From an uncultured Bifidobacterium sp. (GTDB lineage: Bacteria; Verrucomicrobiota; Verrucomicrobiia; Limisphaerales; JADLHS01), in the NCBI GenBank assembly GCA_964561105.1, contig CAZLOH010000023.1, positions 14,025 through 78,024 of the forward strand: a stretch of DNA of 64,000 nt. The letters run 5' to 3'. The notes under the pieces are model-generated. The model was not told where the DNA came from, searched no databases, and saw only the letters and a list, made by a program, of their open reading frames with translations. Shown here in pieces: positions 58,327 to 64,000 of the stretch. A program made the translations under genes and the position numbers. Each line of letters opens with the position of its first letter. The stretch's first letter is position 1.

Positions 58327-58829
58327 TTGATCTCGTCATAAAGGGGACGCAGCCGGGCGCGCAATTTGTCTAGCCCGTAACGGTAGCGGCTGGCAGCGGT
58401 GTTCAGAGGAATCTCCAACGTGGCGGCGATTTCGTCGAAGGTCAGTCCGGCCCAGAGTTTGAGATGAACCACGGCGCGCTGGTCGGGCGGCAGTTCGCCG
58501 AGCGCGGAGGCGAGTTCCCGTCGGAAAGCCGTTCCGTCCGGGTCGTTCGTTGGCGCGAAGGCAGAAATCTGTTCCGCGCCAAGCCGTTCATGAAGTTTTT
58601 CCCGAGCGCCACGGCGACGCATCAGATCAATGGCGGCGTTATGCGCGAGGCGCAGGAGGAAGGCGCGTTTGTCACGGGCGGCATCGTGCAGGTCCGGCTG
58701 GCGGGCGAGCTTGACGAAAATTTCCTGCAGCACATCACGCGTGTCCGCCTCGCTGCGGGTGAAATTCAGCAGGAAGGCGAACAACGCCTGGGCGTGGTCG
58801 TCGTAGAGCTGTTCGAGTTCACTGGCCAT
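58323..58829 (-). CDS. RNA polymerase sigma-70 factor, ECF subfamily
   Basis: Region 2 (...DVLQEIFVKLARQ...) and region 4 (LPPDQRAVVHLKLWAGLTFDEIAATLEIPLNTAASRYRYGLDKLR). Confidence 0.85.
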   Translation of the reverse strand: MASELEQLYDDHAQALFAFLLNFTRSEADTRDVLQEIFVKLARQPDLHDAARDKRAFLLRLAHNAAIDLMRRRGAREKLHERLGAEQISAFAPTNDPDGTAFRRELASALGELPPDQRAVVHLKLWAGLTFDEIAATLEIPLNTAASRYRYGLDKLRARLRPLYDEIK

Positions 58830-59340
58830 CGGCTGATTTGGTTAATGACGCGCGCGGCCGCGAGATTTGTCTAGCCAACAATGTTGCCAAGCGACCAGGA
58901 ACCGGCGGTGATTCTATCCGGCATCCCGTCGCGCTCGCGCGGTTGAGGCGGTTCCTGCCGCCCCGACCATGCAGCGCGGCGCGGCGCTTTCCGTTGCATC
59001 ACCGTCATTCTGACCGGTCAGCCGTCTCGTCGTCACGCTGCGCAAGCCCGGCAGGGACGCAGGCGATCGGCGGGTGGATTTCATTAACGCCCCGCTTCAG
59101 TGAGAGCTTCTCACAGCCTCAACCTTCCGCGAACCGCTTCAGCGGTTTTGGCGGGCCGACTCAAGCCGCTGAAGCGGTTCGATCTCCAGACCGACGTTGG
59201 TTCATCACATGTTTATGTGGCGAAACCCGAGGCGCCGGAGGTTGACTTTGCGCACGCAAACTGGTCGCCTCTGGGCAGCATTTCCACCCAGGAATTTAGT
59301 CGCAAAAACCGGCTTTGAACTTATGTGTCGCCCGTCAACC

Positions 59341-60138
59341 ATGCGTCACCCGGCTGCCGAATCCGGCCGGCCCACATTCCGTGCGGGCTTCACGTTGATC
59401 GAGCTGCTGGTCGTGATAGCGATCATTGCGATCCTGGCCGCGATGCTGTTGCCGGCGCTGGCGAAGGCCAAGGAAAAAGCCAGGCGCATCAACTGCCTGA
59501 GCAATCTCCGGCAGATGGGGCTGGGCAATTTCATGTATGCCCAGGACAACAACGGGGTGTTGAGCGGTGTGTCCCGGAGTTATTACGACGACAACCTGAA
59601 CTGGATGTATTTGAGCTACGCCAGGAATCCGAACCTTTTCGTCTGCCCCAGCACCCGCAACCGTGTGCGGGCGGACAAGGTGGCGGCGAACGGCGAATTG
59701 TTCGACCTCCAGGTGCTCGCGCCGGACAAGAATTCCATCGGTTACAGCTACGAGAATTTTTGCTGGTGGCGAAAACTCTCGAGTGGTTCGCCCGAACAGA
59801 CCGACGGCACTACGGGCGTCCAGCAACGCAAAACCGAGGCGCGGGTGCAGAGCCGCGCCCACACCAAGTCGGTGGACGGCCTGGGATTGAAAGGCACCAC
59901 CCCCGGCCCGAGCCAGACCTGGCTCACGTTGGATGGCGACAACCTGTTCTTTGCCCAAAACAATCCCACCTTGTATCCGAATGACTATCCCAGCGTGGAC
60001 GACAATCACGGCGTGGACGGGGCGAACGCCAATTTCTGCGATGGCCACGCCCAATGGGTGCGGGAGAAGGGGAAGTATTATCTCACGCTCCGGGAACTCT
60101 CCCAGGATGAGGGTTTCGCCGTGAAACACGTTCAGTAA
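59341..60138 (+). CDS. prepilin-type N-terminal cleavage/methylation + DUF1559 protein
   Basis: [23 protein letters not shown] and C-terminal FCDGHAQWV (H-X9-DG-like). Confidence 0.8.
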   Translation: MRHPAAESGRPTFRAGFTLIELLVVIAIIAILAAMLLPALAKAKEKARRINCLSNLRQMGLGNFMYAQDNNGVLSGVSRSYYDDNLNWMYLSYARNPNLFVCPSTRNRVRADKVAANGELFDLQVLAPDKNSIGYSYENFCWWRKLSSGSPEQTDGTTGVQQRKTEARVQSRAHTKSVDGLGLKGTTPGPSQTWLTLDGDNLFFAQNNPTLYPNDYPSVDDNHGVDGANANFCDGHAQWVREKGKYYLTLRELSQDEGFAVKHVQ

Positions 60139-60206
60139 ATCCCCATGCACCAGCGTCAACCATTTGATTCAAAACTCCGTTCAGCAAACTCAACTCGCAC
60201 CAAACT

Positions 60207-63200
60207 ATGAATCCCAACTCGACCTTCCGAATCCACTTAGCGTTGCTCACCGCGCTCGCCCTGGCTGGCTCCGCGCGCGCCGTCCCCTATGCGACCTGCC
60301 TGACGAATGACGCAGGCACGGTTTCCTTCCGCCTGAATGAAAACGCCGACAACGTGAAGATTATTTCCAGCGGCGGAACCGTCACCAACGACCTCGGCCC
60401 GGGCGTGAAGGGCTTGACGGTGCAGAGCCTCGGCCTCGCGCCGGGCAACTTCAAGGTGATGGTCACGCGCTCGGCGGCGGGTGGTTACACGCAATCCAGC
60501 GATGACGCGTTCCAGGACAACGGCGTCTATGTGAACAAATTCGAGCAAGCGCGCGGGATCGCGGTGAATCGGAATCCCGCCTCGCCCGCTTTCGGTCGCA
60601 TCTACGTGGCGAATGCGCGTGGCCAGGCCGACACTTCCACTCCTTCCGGAAACCCGTTGGTCCGCACTTGTTACCAGGGCATCTACATGTTGAACGCCGA
60701 CGATACGGCCGCACTGGACACCGGGGAATTGCCCCGCACAGCCGGTCTGCCGCTGACTCCCGGGGACACCGCCTCACCCACGCGCCTGACGGTTGGCAAG
60801 GATGACGATCAGCTGTACCTGAGCGATTGGTCCGACCCAAGCGGCGGGCTGTGGGTCACTGACCCCGACGTAACCACCGGAATCAACGTGTTGGATGGCA
60901 TCGGGGATTTGAGCATGGGTTCGACCACGCACGGCAGTGTGGCGGGCGCGTGGGTCGAAGGCACGGCCGCGAGCAATTTGAAAGTGTTCACCACCGATGA
61001 AGACCTGACCCCGGGCAACAGCCTTTGGCGTTACGATATTGGCAGCACCGCCCTGCCCTTCACCGGCCCGCCGACGTTGGTGGGTTCGCCGACGATTGCG
61101 GTCAGCCAGGTCATGGATGTGGTCCGCGGCGGATCGAGCAACTATTTATATCTGACCCAGCGTCGCTCGGCCGGCACAGAAGCGAACATTTATGTCTTCA
61201 CGGAGGACGGCACGTTCATCACGAACTCATTGCTGGCCACCCGGGAATTCATGGGCAACGTCACTAACGTGGACCTGCTGCGCGAAGTGCTGGCGGCGGA
61301 CATCTCGCCGGATGGCAACACGCTGGCGTTGTTGCGCGCCAACGTGACCCCGACGGTCCTGCTCGTGCCGTTGACCAACGGGGTGTTCAACCTCGCAGCC
61401 ATGAGCGGCTTCAACATCGGTTCGACGAGCGTGAACAATCGCGACATCGCTTACGACGCGGCCGGCAATCTCTACGTGGTCAATACCTCTGTCGAATGGA
61501 TGCGGATTTTTTCCAAAGGCGGCTCCACCATTGCCACCAGCGGCACGGACGGCACGTTTGAAATCACCGTGCCGCCCGTCCTGATCAGCGCAGCGGCCAG
61601 CACGGCGGCGGCCGATGAGGCGGGCCCCGTGAACGGCCGGTTCACCCTCACCCGCGCGGGCGACAACTCCAGCGCGTTGACGGTGAATTACACGATGAGC
61701 GGCACGGCGGCCAATGGCACCGATTACTCCGCGCTGCCCGGCAGCGTGACCTTCCTGCCCGGCACCATTGCCACCAACATTGACGTGATCGTCACGGATG
61801 ACACCGAAGCGGAGTTCACCGAGACGGCCGTGTTGACGCTGGCGTCCGGGACGGGTTATGGCATCGGCACGGCCAGCGCCACCGTCGCCATCGCCGACAA
61901 TGAACCGACCGAGATCGCCTTCACCACCGGCACAACCAATGAACTGCTGGAGAGCTACGCGCCGTCCAAAGCGACGTTGCAACTGGCCCGCCGGGGATTG
62001 ATCGGCGCGCCCGTGGCCATCCAGCTCGCGTATGCCGGCACAGCGACGCGCGGCGCGGACTTTGACGGCCCGCTCAACGTGAATCTGGCCGCCAACGAGG
62101 TGTTCACCAACCTGACCCTGACACCCATCAACGACCAAATCTATGAAGGCAACGAACTCGCCGTCGTCAGTGTGGCATCCGGAAGCTACACCCTTGGCGT
62201 GACGAATCCGGCTTACGTGGCGGTGGTGGACGACGAATACCCGGCCGGCACCGTGCTCTTCACCGACGACTTCAACAGCGATGACAGCAGCAATCGCTGG
62301 GCGCTGAACCTGGCCGACCCCACCTCCGATTTCGTGGAGTTCAACTGGGATTACAGCCAGGTGGGAATTCCCGCGGCCCCCGGCACCACCGATGGCAGCA
62401 CGCGCGGCTTGCGGTTGCAATGCGGCAATGCCGTCCTGCAACTCGACGGCTTGAGCCTCTCGCCGCTCGGCGGAAATTTCACCGGCGATTACCGGCTCAA
62501 GTTTGACATGTGGATCAACTACAACGGTCCGATGCCGGATGGCGGCCCGGGCTCCACCCAGAACTTCGACGTCGGCGTCGGCACGACGGGCGATCAGGCC
62601 GTGTGGTTCAATGGCGCTTTTGCCGATGGCATCTGGTTCACCGCCACCGGCGACGGCGCGGATGGAGACGCCGACGGCGACTACACCGCGTTTGCCGGCA
62701 CCGCCGAATTAAAAGATGACACCGGGTTCTACGCGGCCGGCGTCGGCACGGGACCGAACACGGGCCTGCGCAACGCCTCGCATCCCTTCTACGCCCGCTG
62801 GGGTGGCCAGCCGGCACCGGCGGCGCAACTCGCGCTTTATCCCAATCAAACCGGCGTCGCCAATGCCGGGAACGCCGGCATGGCCTGGCATACGGTGGTC
62901 ATTACCAAGGCCGCCGACACGGTCAAGTGGCAGATGGATGGCGTGACGATCTGCACCGTGACCAACGACCCGGGCACGTTGTCCACGAATGTCTTCGTGG
63001 GTTACCAGGACAAATTTGCCAGCGGCAGCGTGTCCGACGTGCCGGAGATGTCCTTTGGGCTGGTGGACAATCTCAAGGTGGAAACCTTTACCTCGGCGCC
63101 CATTCAGATGGCGAACCTGCAAATTGTGGGCGGCAATGTGGTCATCCTGTTTTCGGGACCGGCGGAAACCGTGGCGGCCAACTTCAAGCTCCAGAGCTCC

Positions 63201-63323
63201 GCCACGGTGAACGGCCCGTTCACCGACGACAATTCAGCCACCCTCACGGATCTCGAGGCCGGGCAGTTCAAAGCCACGACGGCGGTCAACGGCAACACGC
63301 GCTTTTACCGGATCAAATTCTAG
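60207..63323 (+). CDS. large secreted protein with beta-propeller-like N-terminal region and multiple Calx-beta domains
   Basis: Signal peptide plus repeated ...NGRFTLTRAGDNSSALTVNYTMSGTAANGTDYSALPGSVTFLPG... blocks characteristic of Calx-beta. Confidence 0.65.
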   Translation: MNPNSTFRIHLALLTALALAGSARAVPYATCLTNDAGTVSFRLNENADNVKIISSGGTVTNDLGPGVKGLTVQSLGLAPGNFKVMVTRSAAGGYTQSSDDAFQDNGVYVNKFEQARGIAVNRNPASPAFGRIYVANARGQADTSTPSGNPLVRTCYQGIYMLNADDTAALDTGELPRTAGLPLTPGDTASPTRLTVGKDDDQLYLSDWSDPSGGLWVTDPDVTTGINVLDGIGDLSMGSTTHGSVAGAWVEGTAASNLKVFTTDEDLTPGNSLWRYDIGSTALPFTGPPTLVGSPTIAVSQVMDVVRGGSSNYLYLTQRRSAGTEANIYVFTEDGTFITNSLLATREFMGNVTNVDLLREVLAADISPDGNTLALLRANVTPTVLLVPLTNGVFNLAAMSGFNIGSTSVNNRDIAYDAAGNLYVVNTSVEWMRIFSKGGSTIATSGTDGTFEITVPPVLISAAASTAAADEAGPVNGRFTLTRAGDNSSALTVNYTMSGTAANGTDYSALPGSVTFLPGTIATNIDVIVTDDTEAEFTETAVLTLASGTGYGIGTASATVAIADNEPTEIAFTTGTTNELLESYAPSKATLQLARRGLIGAPVAIQLAYAGTATRGADFDGPLNVNLAANEVFTNLTLTPINDQIYEGNELAVVSVASGSYTLGVTNPAYVAVVDDEYPAGTVLFTDDFNSDDSSNRWALNLADPTSDFVEFNWDYSQVGIPAAPGTTDGSTRGLRLQCGNAVLQLDGLSLSPLGGNFTGDYRLKFDMWINYNGPMPDGGPGSTQNFDVGVGTTGDQAVWFNGAFADGIWFTATGDGADGDADGDYTAFAGTAELKDDTGFYAAGVGTGPNTGLRNASHPFYARWGGQPAPAAQLALYPNQTGVANAGNAGMAWHTVVITKAADTVKWQMDGVTICTVTNDPGTLSTNVFVGYQDKFASGSVSDVPEMSFGLVDNLKVETFTSAPIQMANLQIVGGNVVILFSGPAETVAANFKLQSSATVNGPFTDDNSATLTDLEAGQFKATTAVNGNTRFYRIKF

Positions 63324-63386
63324 GACGACGCGCGACCCCGGATAAGCGCTTAGCAGGCGCATCCCGGTTTCCGGCCGGTGGTGCTA

Positions 63387-64000
63387 GTCGCGCTGCGACC
63401 AGCCCGTCCGCGCCGAGCGGACAGAATCGGGCGGGCGGGACATTCCGACGCGCTGCTTCGCACAGTGCGCGAAGTTCCACGCTCGAAGTTGGCGCACTTT
63501 GCAGTGCCGCCTCCCAACTTCGTTGCGTGCGCCGAAGATTTTTCCGGAGCGCGACTGTGTGCGCAGCACCAGCCGCAGCACATTCGAACGTCGAGTTGTG
63601 TTTCCTCTCCCCAACCGTTCTATTAAGGCGTAGCTGCTGCGGCTGGCTTTAGCCCAGCCGCGCTTGGGTCGCGGTTCTGTCGCGCTGCCAGCCCGTTCGC
63701 ACCGAGCGGTCAAAATCGGGCGGGCGGGATGTTCCGACACTCCTCGCAGCGCGAGGAGTTCCACCGCTCGTAGCTGGCACACTTTGCAGTGCTATCTCCC
63801 AACTTCGTTGTGTGCGCCGAAGATCTTTCCGGAGCGCGGCTGTGTGCGCAGCACCAGCCGCAGCACATTCGAGAAACCGCCCGCGCTGCGGCTGAGTCTT
63901 CGACCACAGCCGCGCTCCATGGGTCGCGGTTCTGTCGCGCTGCGACCAGCCCGTTCGCACCGAGCGGTCAAAATCGGGCGGGCGGGATGTTCCGACACTC
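63387..64000. repeat. tandem array (at least 2.3 copies, runs off window end) of a ~255-290-bp unit
   Basis: Units begin GTCGCGCTGC(GA)CCAGCCCGT.CGC.CCGAGCGG.CA.AATCGGGCGGGCGGGA at 63387, 63679 and 63934. A conserved ~210-bp core is followed by a variable 40-75-bp segment. Confidence 0.8.

Noticed and set aside
63387-64000. Possible CRISPR array
   Set aside because: The repeat unit is ~210 bp with 40-75-bp variable parts and there is no cas gene nearby. This is outside CRISPR repeat or spacer dimensions, so it was called a tandem repeat.

Overview
High-GC (~60%) chromosomal segment, most likely from the Planctomycetes-Verrucomicrobia-Chlamydiae (PVC) group. This is suggested by two prepilin/DUF1559 genes, a PSD1(DUF1549/DUF1553)+DUF1501 gene pair and a GxxExxY gene. 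CDS coordinates below include the stop codon and use adjusted start codons; antisense ORFs in the track are ignored as GC artefacts.

Housekeeping genes are interleaved with accessory material. Housekeeping: mntH, uppP, hisF/hisI, trpE, metF, dnaE, a flotillin/NfeD pair and an ECF sigma/anti-sigma pair.

Accessory and notable content:
- A complete ISKra4-like insertion sequence (4040..5764) with 21-bp terminal inverted repeats and a perfect 9-bp target duplication. It lies 75 bp from a tRNA-Phe/tRNA-Glu pair. Its transposase is split at a canonical A_AAA_AAG slippery heptamer.
- A compact defence island at 13.8-18.2 kb. It holds an overlapping type II methyltransferase/restriction endonuclease pair bracketed by 20-bp direct repeats, followed by a tight NYN(LabA-like)-NERD(membrane-anchored) operon with a frameshifted third gene. 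The NYN-NERD module is my best candidate for an undescribed defence system.
- A REC-PP2C-RsbW-type kinase tri-domain protein followed by two tandem STAS paralogues (a partner-switching module with no sigma factor nearby).
- A three-gene nucleotidyltransferase-lipoprotein-nucleotidyltransferase operon.
- A DUF6883-DUF4926-XRE small-gene module.
- Several families of short GC-rich palindromic repeats. One family (~62 bp, translating roughly as ...[14 protein letters not shown]...) is inserted in frame inside at least four different coding sequences. One of these genes carries four copies.
- At least 2.3 copies of a ~255-290-bp tandem repeat at the window end, with compensatory hairpin substitutions between units.

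No CRISPR array or rRNA was seen.
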